64,000 nt of DNA. Origin: Octopus sinensis. Lineage: Eukaryota. The notes beneath the pieces were generated by a model, which saw nothing but the letters and a program-made list of their open reading frames with translations, searched no databases and was not told where the DNA came from. Positions 13,668-29,289 of the stretch are shown here, in pieces. Each line of letters begins with the position of its first letter. The stretch's first letter is position 1. Position numbers and translations under genes: made by a program. The DNA lies in contig NC_043007.1 of assembly GCF_006345805.1 (NCBI RefSeq), positions 64,294,001 to 64,358,000 of the forward strand, written 5' to 3'.

Positions 13668-16600
13668 GTGAGAAGCTAAGGTTTTCATGCTCTTCTTGAG
13701 CACCTCGGAATATTGTGCCAATTTCCAATTCTAGGGTCTTAGATCTTGTTCTCATTATCAGGATCTGCTTATCTTGATTCAGTGCTATTGGTAGGAGGTA
13801 GAGTGAGAGAGAGAAAGAGAGAGAGTGAGAGAGAAGAACCTGTGTTTTAACCTAGGTTTTAACTATCTTTCCCTATGTTTTTGTCTATCTTTTTGCCTCC
13901 TCATAATTGCTGGTATTAGCAATGTAGTTCATGCTGTAAATTCTATTTCCATGGTAATATGTATGTTTCTTATTTTCATAAAATAATGTGGGCCATTTAA
14001 ACATTTATAGAACATTAATTTATTCTGGAATTTTGAGAGTTTATTATTTTCTCTAGAAGTTTTAAAAACAAATGCAAATATAAATTGATATATTTGAAAA
14101 TGCATTCTCTTTAATCAAACCTTGTGTTAAGGCTGGCTATATTTGTTTTAGAAATAAATTATTTCTCAATGAGATTTTATCCCTGAATATGTTAAATGTC
14201 TGGTATTTTTGTTTATAAGTTAACTATATTTCGTTTTGTATTTTACTGAAAATAACTATAAAATAAGTATAATTTACTTTGCAAATACTTGTAATTTTCC
14301 TGTTCATTTAATTTGTCTTATACGGATTTCAGCAATGTTATTTTTCTGTTGAGTGTCTGTGCAAAAAAAATCATGTAAAAATAATTGTTCTTAGATAAAA
14401 AATTATAAACTTAAGTAATATCAGTATCACTTCAATTGTATTTTACATTTGTAAAGTGAATGCTTTTTGTAAAACAACTTCAATTTTTCTATAAAATATG
14501 AGTAGTTATGTATTTATTTATTAAAAAAAAAAAATTCCATACCTATCTTTTTCTGAATATATTGCTACTAAAGATTAGTGGTGTACTAAAGAAAAAAAAA
14601 GCTTTTAAATGGTTTTAAAAAATGTAGAGAAGTGGAAGGGAATCTTGAAATATTTGTAACTAGTTTAGTGGTATGCTTAGGCACATGGAGACACGACTTT
14701 TTCTGAACAAGTAGTTTTTGTTGCTATAGTTTGAGAAATAAATACAGTGAAAGAAAGAAAAATGTTCTTAAGATTTATTGTTACTAAATTAGAGATTTAA
14801 AAATCTTGATGTTAAGATTTGCTTTTAGTTGTGTGTGTGTCCCCTAACACTGATCACAGCATTTTTGAAGTGATGTTAGATTTGTCATATATGGATTCAA
14901 TTTCATCATGCCAAATTTTGTTCTTTCATTAAAGAACTGTAATTTGACAAATGTATTTGGTTGCCCTCTAATGCCATGAGTACAACTTCCATTTGCTACC
15001 CACAAAAAAAGGGGAGCACCATAACCCTGTATTTTTCTTGGAGTTGGATGCTTTTAGATTTGTGGAAGAAAGGGAATGCCTAACCTAAATGCCTGCAGGA
15101 GAGTGTAATCCACTAAAAGTACCTAAGTGCCAGATGGTAGTATTAAATCAACCACTGGATTAAATCTATCCAAGAATTCAGAACATGGAGAGCCAAAACA
15201 ATTACTGAAAGATATCTTGTCTAACATGTTGACAATTCCACTAAGTATTTCCTACCAATTTGTCGCCTAATAGATCTTCTCACAAGATCTCTCAGGAATA
15301 CAAAAGTACTTTGAGAGTGTGAGAGTATAGATGCTAAGTTCTCCTCAAACTGAAGAGTAGTTTTGTGCAGTTTATTTTGATATTTCCCTAGTTCATTCTG
15401 GTTCCTGAGAACTGTTGATTGTTGGAAATAAACTACCTCCATTATGTATATATCTGCATTTTAATTCAGAATATACACAAATAATATGAATTGATAAATA
15501 TAGAGGCATCCAGTTGTAAAAAAATTTTTTAGGCAAAGTGTAATAGACAGAAAGGAATGTGTTTCTTGTTTTATTAGATAGGATTAGCAGCTAGATTTCT
15601 TTCAAATTACAGCTTAGCCATCCTTCAGGGAAAAAAGAAGAAAAAAAACTGCGATGACTTATGTAGTCCTAGATCACTACTTCTGAAAAAGAACCTACTG
15701 TTGACCAATAGATCTATCCTATGTCTCCCTTGCAGCTAAATAAAAACAACAGGGCAAGCAGTTTGCTACTGTTACAAATGTAGCATGGATAGGATGGGAG
15801 TGCAAGCATACACAATCAGAATGATGATGATATTTTTTTTTTTTACCACTGCAGCCAAAGCCACATCCTGTCATTTTTTTTTTTTTGCTATTATTTGTGA
15901 TGTACACATCAAATGGCGAATTTTTGTTTGTTAGACATTGTTAGCTTCCTAATTCAACATCAAATTGTTAAAGCATAATCTACATAAATGTATCTATAAT
16001 AAGCTAAACACTAAGTATGATAGATCAACATGTGTTTATTTCATTTCTAGGTAAATAATAACAAAATCTCGGCAGCGTAAAGGTTAGCATACATGTCAAA
16101 ATTGTAAGAGATACAAGCATTTGGTTCTGTCCATTCTTAAATTACAAATTTAGATTAATTTACTCTAGATGTATATATATTTTTAATGATCTAGTTAGAG
16201 AAGAAAGGCCAATACACTTAATATTGTCTGTTTCGTGTAGTTTTACTGAAACTTATTTTGAATATCTTTTTTTTTTTTTTATATTTAATATAAGTTAGGT
16301 CTATGATATTTTCATTTGCTCTGCCACTTTGTTTTGAAAATTGCAGAACAGAGGTAAGGAATTACTAGTTATGAGTATAGAGAGAGACAAAAAGAAGAAA
16401 TAAACAGTAAAATAAATACAAAATTACTAAAATACAATTTAACCTCTTTGTGTGTATGTGTGTAAATACTTATCTCAGTATTCTAATTTCAATTGATATT
16501 GGGTTGATTTTGACGCTCATTCCATTAAGATTTATAAAATGAATACCAATAATAACTTGGTATCTATTCAGTTAAGTCTTTGTTTTCAGGAATGTGATAG

Positions 16601-17639
16601 TGCAAGTAATAATAAAACTCCAATAAATAGTAGACATGCAACTAAGTTAAAGACCATTATTAACTTTATAATTGATCAATAATTAAAGTTGATGCATGTA
16701 TTCACAAGATTAAATTAATGCAACAGAAGACCTCCATCTCTTGAATCAAATTTGTATCTACTGCAGTCATCTTTTGTATCTGGACAAGTCACTGGATTTT
16801 GTGGCTTAGTCTCTGCACTTCCTGGAAATGTTATAGATTGTATATAGAATTGTTAGCCTTCTTTTGTACTTACAGAATGTTAGTACCTAATTTCATGAAA
16901 AAATTCAGAAAGCAACTTTACGAAAGACTATGACTTGTAATCATTTGAGTTTCAGAGGTTCCCTTCATAAATGGTTTTGCTAAATGATCAGTAGGAATCA
17001 GTACACTTGCAGTTACTATTGTGAGTTAAAATTAATTAGGCATTCAGCTAGAGGCAAAAATAGACTAGTACCCATTTCAGGCCATATTTAGTATATGTGA
17101 GGGATGACTATATGCATACTAAATAATATTTGGGTATAAATTAATGCAATGCCTAGTAGTTTAGCTTAATGATCCTCTCGAGGTAATTTTATTCTTTATT
17201 TATTATTTCAGTTCTTGTTTTATAATTTCACAAATTATTTATCATGTATTAAAGATGGGTTCTTTAAAGTATGTATTTCTTCTCTGTTGTGTTATATTTT
17301 TAAAAAACTAGTATGTCTTTGCAGTGTCCGATAAATATAGTAATGGTCCTTAGTGGTTGTAACGATTTTCAAAATAGTTCTTTGTCATGAGGTTCATTAA
17401 ATTTCACAGCCTAAACTTATTGATGTTAGCAGTGAGAAGTGAAGTAGCTTCAATTTTCAGTTTTCAGTTTTATTCTTATTTTGCCTTGTTTAAAATAATA
17501 GTAGTAATTAAATTCATATAGAAGAGGAAAACTATATGGAAGACTGTTACTGCAAGTTAATCTAAAATTACTATTAGTTTCAAGGAAAGTAAAAAGGTTA
17601 ATAATAATAAAAAAAGTTTTGTAAAATGCATAATTTTAA

Positions 17640-17975
17640 TGACCACTTTTTCATGCTTACATGGCTGTGTGCCCTTACTGTTGCCAATCTTCACCTGTTT
17701 CCAAGTGAAGTAATATTTTCCCTTGGCTGGGCATGTTCTAACAAAAGATTGAAAATGACGAACACTGCTTATATGATGCCTATTTACAATTATCACAGTC
17801 AAGACAAGGAACTGCACCCCCCATCCCCCACATGATTGGATGATTGGCTTCAGTTTCTGTTTTCCAGATCCACTCATAAGACTTTGGTTGGCCTAGGGCT
17901 TAGTAGAAGATTCTTCCCAAGGTGCTACACAGTAGAACCAAACTCAAAACTATGTGATTGGAAATTGAATTGCTT
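17640..17975. mobile_element. SINE-like interspersed repeat
   Basis: Shared with about 25350-25720 and, reversed, about 57645-57965 (cctcacttgtttccaag, atttcc..catgtt, aactatcaca, gtcaagaca). Confidence 0.65.
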
Positions 17976-18120
17976 CTGAGTAATTCTGTTAGGCTGAAAT
18001 TAGTTCACTACTGTGTTTCTTATATTTTTTATATGTAAATTATTTAAAAATTTACCAATAGTAGTAGAAAAAAAAAAAAAAACTTTTTAAACATTTAATC
18101 TACTTTGTCAGGAAAGTGTT

Positions 18121-18972
18121 CGGGGTACTAAAAAGTAATGTTGCATTTTATGTAATGAGTTCAAATCAATATAAAACATATTGTAAATATATTTAGTCAT
18201 TCAAAATACAATCACCAATGTTAGCAATAACATTTTCCCCGCCTTGGAACTAGTTTTGATTTCTCAGGCTGTTCTTTAGAAAAGAAAAATGTTTGGAGTG
18301 CCATTTGAACATCATCCCTACTTCTGAATGTTTTTCTACTGATAAAGTGTTCAAGTGACCTAAATAAGTGAAAATCTGATGGTGTTAAATCTGTTGAGGT
18401 AGAGCTTACCAGCCTAACAAATTTTTTACTTGGATTATCTTATTGAATGCACTCTTATTCATGAGCTCATGAGGTACTCATTTCTCTTCGCTATACACTT
18501 TCTTAATCTGCCTGAGATGACCTTGTACAGTGAACCAAAGTTTATTTAGCTTTTAGGATGAATCCCCAATATTTAGATACACATCCTTTTCAGTTGCTGT
18601 TTTCACTGTGCCATTGAGAACAGTTGGCATTCTTGATTGATACCCATCCGAAAGATCAAAATTGACATTTTTGAATTTGTTAAACAACCCTTGGCATTTT
18701 GAACCCTCTCTATCAGAATACACAGTACATATGTTTTCCCTTGCAGATGTTGCATTGTTACCCTTACAAAATTTGTAAAACCTGCAATACTAAATATGCA
18801 GCTCACTAAAGTCCATGTGATCTATATGATAGAGTGTATGTACACACAGTGCATATCCACATTAACTCTATGCTGATTGGTTGATTGCAGAGGCACTATT
18901 TTGGCCTGTAAACTATTTGTAGTATGATGTTAGAATCTTCGCTTGAAAATGCTGCATTACTTTTCAGTACCA
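18121..18972 (-). mobile_element. Internally deleted mariner element
   Basis: About 28-bp TIRs ggtactaaaaagtaatgttgcatttt / aaaatgctgcattacttttcagtacc. The minus strand near 18350-18400 reads STDLTPSDFHLFRSLEH (mariner YSPDLAPSDxHLF) and near 18650-18700 FNKFKNVNFDLSD (mariner HTH region). Confidence 0.82.
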
Positions 18973-21900
18973 CTAATAGTTTTAAAGGATTAAAAGTAAT
19001 AGTGTTATAAAAGATATTTTTTCTCTATGTTTAGTATACAAATTTAGTATATTTTGCATACACTATTCTTTCAAACTGATATGGAAATTCTATTATATAA
19101 TTTTGTGAGTGCATGAATAACAAATTTGGATTGAGTGGGTCACACAGCTTAATGAGTGATGCTGTAAATCAATAAACTGCCAAATTTCCTACAAATGAAA
19201 AGTGTGAATGTTCTATTACCTTCAGTTGCAAATATATTTACATGTTGTTAACTCAAACTTTCTCATTTTCATTTCAAAATCAATAATGAATTCTGTAAAC
19301 ATAAAATTATTGAAATTATTTTGGTGAGAGAATAATACTTCAAATTTTTCTTATGGTTTTGATTATATCTTTGAAGTACTTAGTTTTGACTAGTTATTTA
19401 CAGTTGTCCAACATGCTAACCAGGTTATATATTTAACCCCTATTACTATGAGTGCTAAAAACAACACCTAATAGAGTTATGAAGATTAAGGTAGACTTTG
19501 ATGTCTGTAACAAATAATGGTAGAAATAGTTTACATTCACAGATATGATTTGGCAACAGTTCAGCTTTCAGTGACATGAATACTGCAAGCGCAGCTAAAT
19601 GTTCAGTGCAACAATTAAATGAAGTTAGCATCTTAAGAAAAATAAAAGTTCTGTTGCATATAAAGTTAAATTAATTAGTCTTTCATTGACATTCAACTTC
19701 TGTGGTTGTTTTATATAAGATTGATTGATATTGAATTCAACACTTGGCAACAATTTTAGTTTGCTTTTTTGCTAAGTAACACTTTCACTTAATATTGTCA
19801 GCATTTACTTTTTTCTATTATCACTTATGTTAGAAAGGAGAGCACTTGTAATGAACTAGAAACTTCTAAAATTAAAAAAAAAAATCTATTTGTACACATC
19901 CCTAACCCTTATTTGACTAACTCATTATCAAAGAATCTTTAAAAAAATTTGTTAAGTTTTCACTATTTCCTTATAGTTTGTTTGCATATTTGTAAGAAAT
20001 TACTTAGAATATGTCCTTCTAATGTTTGATTTAGTGGTATTAATTAGTTTCTTATGCATTTTTTTTGTCTTCAGTTGGAAAATCCTTTTTTACACTTAGT
20101 TTTGCTACTTGGCTTAAATGATTAAAGATTTATCTGATTATCTCTTTTATTCTTCTTAGCTCCAATTTTTGTATGATCAATATTTTGTACTTTTTCAAGT
20201 TATGTTAACATTCAACTTTACTTAAAACCCAACTCCCATTTTTAACCTGCCATTCATTTGCTTGTTTTACTGCAAGCAATGAGGAGTTCCTTAATTGCTA
20301 TGCCAGTTAATTTCAATTCATTTTATGTTTACTAAATTATGTCTTTGAAATCTTAAACAACCATGTCTTGGTTTTGTTAAGAGTCACTGAAATTAATATG
20401 ATTTAGCTTTCATTTATTTTCAGTCAGTGCAAAAGAATGTTAACTTTCTCTATTTTTAATCAGTAGTTTATCATTAGTTTCTCTAATTTGGATAATATTA
20501 ACTTTGAGATAGATCTCTTTTCTCCTGCTTACTATTATAATGTCCTTCACATGCCATGTAATATCTTCTACACACCAAAAAAACATTTGTCAGTTGGAGA
20601 AGATTACATTAGCAGCATCTATCATTTTTTATTGAACATATTTGGCTTTTGTGAACATAATTGCTATCATAAATCTTGAGTAAGAATTACATCTTCTCTG
20701 GGCAGTTGACAGACTTTTTAATTCTACAGTGAGAGCTTTATATGTCTGGAGGAAACATTGAGAAAATTTTGTGAATGTTTACTTTGACACTGGATTCATT
20801 TATTTCTTGATACTCAATTTATTTTCTTTTTATGAGTCTGTCTGTTTTTGTTAATCTTTTCATTTAATATTACTGTTTATTGGAAGCTCTAGAAATCTTA
20901 ACCATCTTCTCTGAAATATTATTTTTAGTCAGACATTACCTATGTAATGATTATTGTGGATGTCTCATTTCATTTTAGTTTTCAGTATGTTAGTTTTCAT
21001 TTTATCTATTCTTTCAACCTACTTCTGAAACACATTAATGAAGGATCAAGTAAGGGGGCTAATAGTTTCTTGTGACTACAAACGGAGGTGGGGTGGGGAT
21101 GATGCTGTCATGAGGTAGGCCCTGAAATGGCACACGTTCTCTCCTGATGACCCCCATAAACTTGCTAGCATCCAGTATGCAAAGCTTTCAACTCATTGCA
21201 CTTGCATCTGCAAGTTGTTTGCAAAAAAATCTAAATATAATGATTATTGTATTAATTCATCTTGCCCCTGACTTCTCACCAACAACCAGTCTTTTTATCA
21301 CATACATGCTTTTCACTTGCAGATACAGGTATATAGTTCGACATAGAATTCACTCCCTTAGAACAGCTGTTCATACTTGTTCCATCACAGTCTACTTGAT
21401 TACTATCATTTTAAATGTATAGCACTGTAACATACATACATTTATTATTTGCTTACATTTCCATTTTAATTTTTTTCTACATGCTCTTTTATTGCATTTT
21501 ACTTGTTTAGTATTTTTCATTTTTACTTAATGAAGTAACCGAAAAACTTCATTCTTTATGAAATATTAAATGTTACACCCTGCCTCCACCATCTCTGTGT
21601 CTTAGTGTGAATGAATGAAATCTTGTTTTGCTCAACTTACAAGAATAATGTGTGGAAAGTTTTGCACATTTGACAATTCTGGAATAGAATCAATTGGTTT
21701 ACATACATTAGTGGGGTGGGGCAGAGGATTTCAGATTTGCTGATATTTTATTATCATTAACTTCAGTTTAATAATTAATGATTTTCTGTGCAAATGTAAA
21801 TTTGCTGTCTAAATACAAGAAGCTTCACATTAGCTATGTAAAAACTTTGTTTATTTTAGATGATATTTCCACACACACAGAGCAAATAACATATAGTACA

Positions 21901-23638
21901 GAAAACAGTTTTTGTTCTGTGTTACAGAAAATATCTATTTTACTTGTATCTCTATGAAAATTCACTTATGCATATTTATATATCCATGAGAGAAAAAAAA
22001 CTGTGCATTTGTGCAACCTTTTCTTTTCTATTTTTTCTTTTGTTTTGTTGGTATTTTTTATTTGTGTATGTCATACCATTTGGTGGAAAGTGTTTTCTCA
22101 CTTATTCTACATACACTTTTACTAAGCACAAGTTTATATCATGACTGTAATATATATATATATATATATATATTTATCTCATTAACTGAATGGCCTTTGT
22201 CAAACCCATATCAAAACATTGAGAACTTTTTTTTAAATATGTAGTCATTTTAATAGCATAGTCACATACAATTGTGAAATTTGACAAGTGAATGGCATGT
22301 TCTTTTGGCACTACACATGCTTTCTCTCATCACCACACTATCTCTGTACATGTGTGTGTGTGATGGCACATGTCATGTTAATAAAATTGTATGCGCATAT
22401 TTTCATTGTGAAATTGGATGAAATAGCTTACTGCTCTTACTTTTCCCCCTCTCCTTCAGTTTATGAATCTTGTCATGATGTTTTTTTGTTTCCTTTAGTC
22501 TGATTTTGCATCTTTTATCAACCTAACTGCACTCGTTGATTTATTTCAGATCTACCTTCGATTCTTTCCATGTTGTTTTCCATAATCAATTTTAAATATT
22601 TGAATGATGTCTTTTAAGTATTGAGCACTTCTTATTCTTTTTGACCATTATTCATTTCAAAAATTGGTATCTAGAACCTAACTAAATATTTTATGCAGCA
22701 CTCTGTCATTGCTGCTATTGACAGCCCTCACTTTTGAATAATATTTGGGGTGGGGGGTAGAAACTAAACTCTTAAACTGATTTTGTAATTGAATACTCAC
22801 TTCAGATGCTGATGTTGAGCTTTTTATTATCATGAGAATGTTGTGCTAATTTTAGCTTATTATTTCAATATTTTAAAGTTTTCACTTCATTTTGTCCTAT
22901 CAATTCTTAATTAATAAAAGAAAAATATGACTCAAGTTTCCCTTCTCACATACAGTGAAAACTCCATTTATTATGTGTGTGCATGGGTGTGTGTGTGTGT
23001 GATGGACACTATAGTGTGACGAGAAGTGCTTAGCAAATTGATTGCAAGCTATCATTTTAAATCTGGAGCATATATATCTATAAAACCTCAAATACAACTG
23101 AGGATTTGATTAATTTTATAAACTAAACTTGAAGATGTTATGTAAAAGTTGAACAGAAAAAAACTCTTGTATTATTGCATTGTACTGTTTGGCTTACTTC
23201 TGGATTAAACTTAGACCATTTTCTAACTGTTTAATTGTAGGAATTCTTTATGTGTATGCTAATAAGGTTTACAAGCTTTTTTTTTAAATTCCAACTAACA
23301 TTTTAGGCTTTACTTATAAAATCAATAACAAAATATTTTTGTGTTTAAAGTAGTAAGAATATATTTTATAAGCTTTTATCTTTTGCTTTGATTTATATAA
23401 TTTAAAATTTAACTTAAATTTGTTTTTACAAATTATCAAATATTTATATAGCTATGAAATTCTTACAGCCTCCCCACTCTTCTTTTCTTCTCCATAGTAG
23501 ATTGAAATTAAGAGTAAGGATGGTTAATAATTCTGAATAAGTAAATTCTTATTATGAAATATTTGATTCATTTTTAACTTTAAAATATTTCAGTGATTTG
23601 ACAATGAAAAAATGTAATATTATTTTAATTATTTTCAG

Positions 23639-23751
23639 ATATTATGGCTAGTATGGGTTATACCTTGAAAGATGTTGAAAACTCCTTGAGTCAGCAGAAA
23701 TATGATGATATCATGGCAACATATTTGCTTTTGGGACGAAGAACGTCTGAT
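23639..23751 (+). CDS. par-1: MARK/PAR-1 kinase exon, UBA domain
   Basis: Bounded by ttttcag| and |gtaagt, 113 nt, phase 1 to 0. Translates (D)IMASMGYTLKDVENSLSQQKYDDIMATYLLLGRRTSD, matching the MARK UBA pattern DIMxxMGY...YDxxxATYLLLGR. Confidence 0.96.
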
Positions 23752-24066
23752 GTAAGTTGATCACTGTTAAACATCGTTACTGCCTGCATTCTGATCCAGT
23801 TATTTCCATTTCAGTATTAGTTTCATGAGATTGCAGTATACCAGCTGTTCATGCTTTTTGGTCTTGTGCTATCTCAATTGTCAATACTAAGTCTTCTATG
23901 ATCAAATCTGCCTACTTGAGCATCAGTCTTCATCCTTCTTTTGTTTTTCTACTTTCATATTAATAGGGTGATTTTTAATTTATCATGTAGATGGAAGTAG
24001 TAGATTTTATTTTATGTAGCTTATTGTTTTAATAACTGAAATTTTATTTTTACTTATTTATTTTAG

Positions 24067-24235
24067 TTGGAAGGCAGTGACCGATCTGGTAGCAACCAAT
24101 CTCTTCGGCACTTGCCGATGACTACGAACCGACCAACAACTGAAACTAATGCTAATACAAATCAGTCACCCAATCGTGTTACAAGGAGTCTTTCTGCCAC
24201 TAATCAGAAACCTCCTCGGCGTTACAGCCATGGAG
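24067..24235 (+). CDS. par-1: MARK/PAR-1 kinase exon, start of spacer
   Basis: Bounded by ttttag| and |gtgagt, 169 nt, phase 0 to 1. LEGSDRSGSNQSLRHLPMTTNRPTTETNANTNQSPNRVTRSLSATNQKPPRRYSHG resembles the MARK segment QSP..VQRS.S....RRYS. Confidence 0.94.
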
Positions 24236-24661
24236 GTGAGTAGATTGTTTGAAATTTTTTTTTAATCACAGTTTTATTTTTTTTTAACATACCACAAAAA
24301 TTGCTGATTACATCAACTTTTTATATTTTCATTCATTTTCCTGGCAGCAGGAGTGAGAAAGGAGTGTCTAACTTAATGCAAGGGTCTTGATTCATAAAGC
24401 ACCATTTTCTTGTTTAAAATGGCAAAAGATACACACATAAATAATGCAGGCTTCCACAGCCTCTGTCTGCTAAATTCCACTTATAAAATCTTGGTCAATC
24501 CAAGACTATAGTATGATATCTGTTGAAAGCTGTACAGTAGAATCAAATCTGTAATTGTGTGGTTGTGAAACAAGCTCCTTAATCATATAGCCATTCCTGT
24601 ACCCATTATCAAATGTTTCCCATGTGATTCATATCACCTGTTTCATTCATTCATTCATTCA

Positions 24662-24698
<37 letters not shown>

Positions 24699-26960
24699 CT
24701 TGCATTTTTAGACCGCTTATTGGAAGTTTTTATTGATGTTAATACTACTATAATTCTGTCATACTTCTATAATTAGTTTTTCATCAAGTAATTCTAATTA
24801 TTTTATTTATTGTTTATTTTTCTTAACATGTGGTAAATTTCTAAATCGTCAAAGTAAATTTGCAGAGATGTTATTTGTGCATTAGAGACAATGTTTTGCA
24901 AATTTTGCTCTGTCTCTATACTCTGAATCCAGATCCCACCAGAGTCAACTTTGCCTTTATCCATTTGGGAGTTAATAAGCATAGCACCACACCAGTGATG
25001 ATGCAGCCTCCTCTTCCTCTAGCTTTCACATCTGGGGAGATCAAAAGGGTATCTATGTGTGTTCGCAACCACATGGCCCCTTTAAACAGCAAAAGTATTA
25101 TTGTTCATACAGCTAAGTCATACTCAGTTGCAAGTGATGGTCATCGCTTATTCCCTGCTTAATTTTCATTATTTCTTCTGAGTTATTTTATACATTATAG
25201 GAACAAGTTAAGAAGTCATGAGAAAATAATGATACTTCTAAACTAAGATGAAAAAATTTCAAAATCAAGTCAGATGTAGTTCATTATATGTATATACTAA
25301 CAACAGGTTTTATGAATTGGTTTGAGGTTTGACAAACTAAAAATTATCATCATTATCTTAACATACATATTTCCTTTCTCATATGGTTCATTGAGGTAGA
25401 TTTTCTAGTTAGATGCCCTTCCTGTTATATTTTCCCATGGCCAGACATGTTTCCATGGAAGTTTAGAAATGAAGAACACTGCTTGTTTAAGGTTGAAGCT
25501 CATTTATAACTATCACATGTTGTCAAGACAGAGGTACACACCCCTGCATGCATGCAGAGCACACACATATACACAAAACAGGCTTCTTTCAGTTCTCATC
25601 TACCAGATTTGTTTACAAGGTTTTGGGCAGCTTAGGTTATAGTAAAAGATGTTACCCAAAATTCCACATAGTAGGACTGAACAAAATGCCATGTGGTTGG
25701 GAAACTTCTTGACTGCATAGCTACGGAATGTGCCCAGAGTGAAAGGCAAAGTTGACCTTGGTGGGAACTCTGGATGAAGAAATGTCATAAAGCATTTTTC
25801 TGACACTAGCAAGTTTGCCAGCTCGCCACCTTAAAAAAAATCTCAATAAAATCATGTAAGCACATTTAATTTTCAAAAAGATTTAAGGAGGGTTATTAAT
25901 ATAAAGTGAAGTTATTGTTGTTGAAATATCTTAGTCTTCTTGAATATTTTTTCTTTAAAGCCCTTTTAGCTTGAATGATGACCCCATACCCTCATCCCAC
26001 CCATCTTCAATGTTTTCACAGTTGAATGTGCTTCTTGTCAAAATGTTGGGAAGAAAACCGGTTTTATTTTTCAAGCAACTGAAGATAAGAGTTACATGCT
26101 TCAATAAGGAGCATAGTGCAATTATTTGAAGTGGTTGAAATTATGAGAATGTAGTTCTGCATGTCTAACAGACATTTGTAATCTTTTTATTGTCATTACC
26201 ATTACTAGTATTAATTTTAAAATTTCAAGTATAGCCCTGTCACACAATTGGTAGATACCTGATGAAAGTCATCATTAAGGTCATTGTGGAGTTAATGAAC
26301 CATGAATTTATATCAAGATAAGATGCTAAGAGTGAAGGAACCACAGGAGAACTGCTTCATCATTGCATTGTTCATTAGCTCCAAAAAATAAAGAACTAAA
26401 TTTCCTTTACCATAAGTTCCATAAGAATCTAGAAAAATTTTGGGATTAGGAATGACTATTGTTTCTCGTGTCTCCCTAATAAGAAACTGTTTCTTGTCAA
26501 TGCTGTTTAATCCATTAGCTACCATACACTGCCTTTAATTCAATTACATTTGAAAATGAAAAATTTAATAAAATGATTTTGACATTATTATTAAGCTAGT
26601 GTTAGGACATAAATTAATATGAAAATTTGATGGAAATGTTGATTCGGATCACTTTAAATATTGAGTTTGTATTATAAAACTAGGGGCTGGTAATATCGAA
26701 AAAGTTAAATATAATCATTGCATTTGTCCATCCTTGCTCCCCTCCCTTTATTAACACTATTAATTTTCTCATTCTGTTTTATACATATATATCATCATCA
26801 TCATCATCATTTAACGTCTGCTTTCCATGCTAGCATGGGTTGGACGGTTCAACTGGGGTCTGGGGAGCCCGAAGGCTGCACCAGGCCAGTCAGATCTGGC
26901 AGTGTTTCTACAGCTGGATGCCCTTCCTAACGCCAACCACTCCAAGAGTGTAGTGGGTGA

Positions 26961-27395
26961 TTTTATGTGCCACCGACACAGGTGCCAGACGAGGCTGGCG
27001 AACGGCCACGCTCGGATGGTGTTTTTATGTGCCACCGACACAGGTGCCAGACGAAGCTGGCGAACGGCCACGCTCGGATGGTGTTTTTATGTGCCACCAA
27101 CACAGGTGCCAGACAAGGCTAGCAGACGACCACGCTCGGATGGTGTTTTTATGTGCCACCGACACAGGTACCAGACGAGGCTGGCGGATGGTGTTTTTAT
27201 GTGCCACCGACACAGGTGCCAGACAAAGCTAGCAGACGACCACGCTCGGATGGTGTTTTTTTATGTGCCACCGACACAGGTGCCAGACAAGGCTAGCAGA
27301 CGACCACGCTCGGATGGTGTTTTTTATGTGCCACCGACACAGGAGCCAGATTAGGCTGGCGATGGGCCACGATTGGATGGTGATTGTTACGTGCC

Positions 27396-27397
<2 letters not shown>
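26961..27397 (+). repeat. GC-rich minisatellite, about 62-bp unit, about 7 copies, inside a SINE-like repeat
   Basis: Unit ttttatgtgccaccgacacaggtgccagacgaggctggcgaacggccacgctcggatggtgt starts at about 26961, 27023, 27085, 27147, 27196, 27259 and 27322; one unit is internally deleted. Confidence 0.95.
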
Positions 27398-28173
<776 letters not shown>

Positions 28174-28385
28174 TAAAATGGTAGGGGGTGGGGATTTTGC
28201 AATTCTCAAAAGTTATTTCCTATTAAAAAAAAGTTATTACAAGAAAGATTTCATCTTGCCTTTCTATTGAAAATGTTTTGTGAACTGTTGCCTTTTTATC
28301 AAAAGTTTTCATTTAAAAAATGTGTAATGAAAAATACATTTCTCTGAATGATAGACATTATTTTCTTTCCTCCCAATTATTGCAG

Positions 28386-28561
28386 GGCCTGCTGGACCTG
28401 GTAGTGCTACATCATCTTCACAGTCGCAGTCTTCGAGTTCTCATGCAACAAGAAGGCAAAACACAATAGATACTAATACTAATACTACTACAAAAGAAAG
28501 TACATTGAGTTCTCGAATGAAGACCCCTTCTGGTGGTAACATGCCTCTGGAGTCTCCCAAG
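28386..28561 (+). CDS. par-1: MARK/PAR-1 kinase spacer exon
   Basis: Pyrimidine tract plus tgcag| and AAG|gtttgt, 176 nt, phase 1 to 0. (G)PAGPGSATSSSQSQSSSSHATRRQNTIDTNTNTTTKESTLSSRMKTPSGGNMPLESPK contains the RQNTID motif known from invertebrate Par-1. Confidence 0.9.
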
Positions 28562-29289
28562 GTTTGTTTTTTCTCTCTATGTTGAACTTAATTCATATTT
28601 TGAATTTATGTTTACACTTTGTTATTGATCTGATTCTTTAAAAACAAACTAGTAAGGAAGGTTAAAGACTGAAATATATTTATTTTCCCTTTCATCCTTT
28701 CTCTTTCTGTCTACTTCTTTGTTGTTTCAATATTGTAATCTTCAGTATCCTGTTTGAGCACTTTTGGCATTAGTTTCTCTACTGCTGGGGTTTTTTTTTT
28801 CTTGGTTTTTTTTGTTATTGTCACTAGTACATGAAGTGGTGTTCAGAAGATTGTATGTGTGTGTATGCATGTATTAGTGTGTAACTATATGACTTTAAAG
28901 CAGCAATTCCATATATTGGGAGTAAATGCATATATAGATATAAATATATGTGTACTCTTTGTTTGACTGTCACTATCCCCTGGAATACTGTTGTGTGTGG
29001 CATAGTCTTTTTTTTTTTTTTTTTTTTGTGTTTGGTTGATATATGCCATCTGATTTAATGCTACCACCTGAGCCACAGGTGCTTTTTGCAAATTTCATTC
29101 TGTTGCAAGCATGTAGATGAGGCTCCTAGTAATGTACTGATATCAATTACCTTTCCTAGATACCAAAAATGTTTGGGCATGATACCATGAGTTCACTCAT
29201 GACCGGTCAAGAATGTGTTAAGTGGGTTCTTGTCCTCTGGAAATTTAGTAAAACCAGTGTTGTTACCTATATCTCCTGTCTCTCTCTCT

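Noticed and set aside
17165-17182. 18-nt microexon CTTAATGATCCTCTCGAG with a gtaatt donor
   Set aside because: Poor pyrimidine tract and an immediate TAA in the required phase 1.
22530-22620. Acceptor with cctaac branch before the UBA exon
   Set aside because: No credible donor, and the frame runs into a stop in AT-rich sequence.
1-23638. Kinase-domain exons of MARK or a nested gene
   Set aside because: No kinase motifs or convincing multi-exon coding signal was seen; the short ORFs are compositionally intronic or TE-derived.
26961-27397. Regular repeats resembling a CRISPR array
   Set aside because: Units are contiguous and nearly identical with no unique spacers, there are no cas genes, and the context is a eukaryotic intron.
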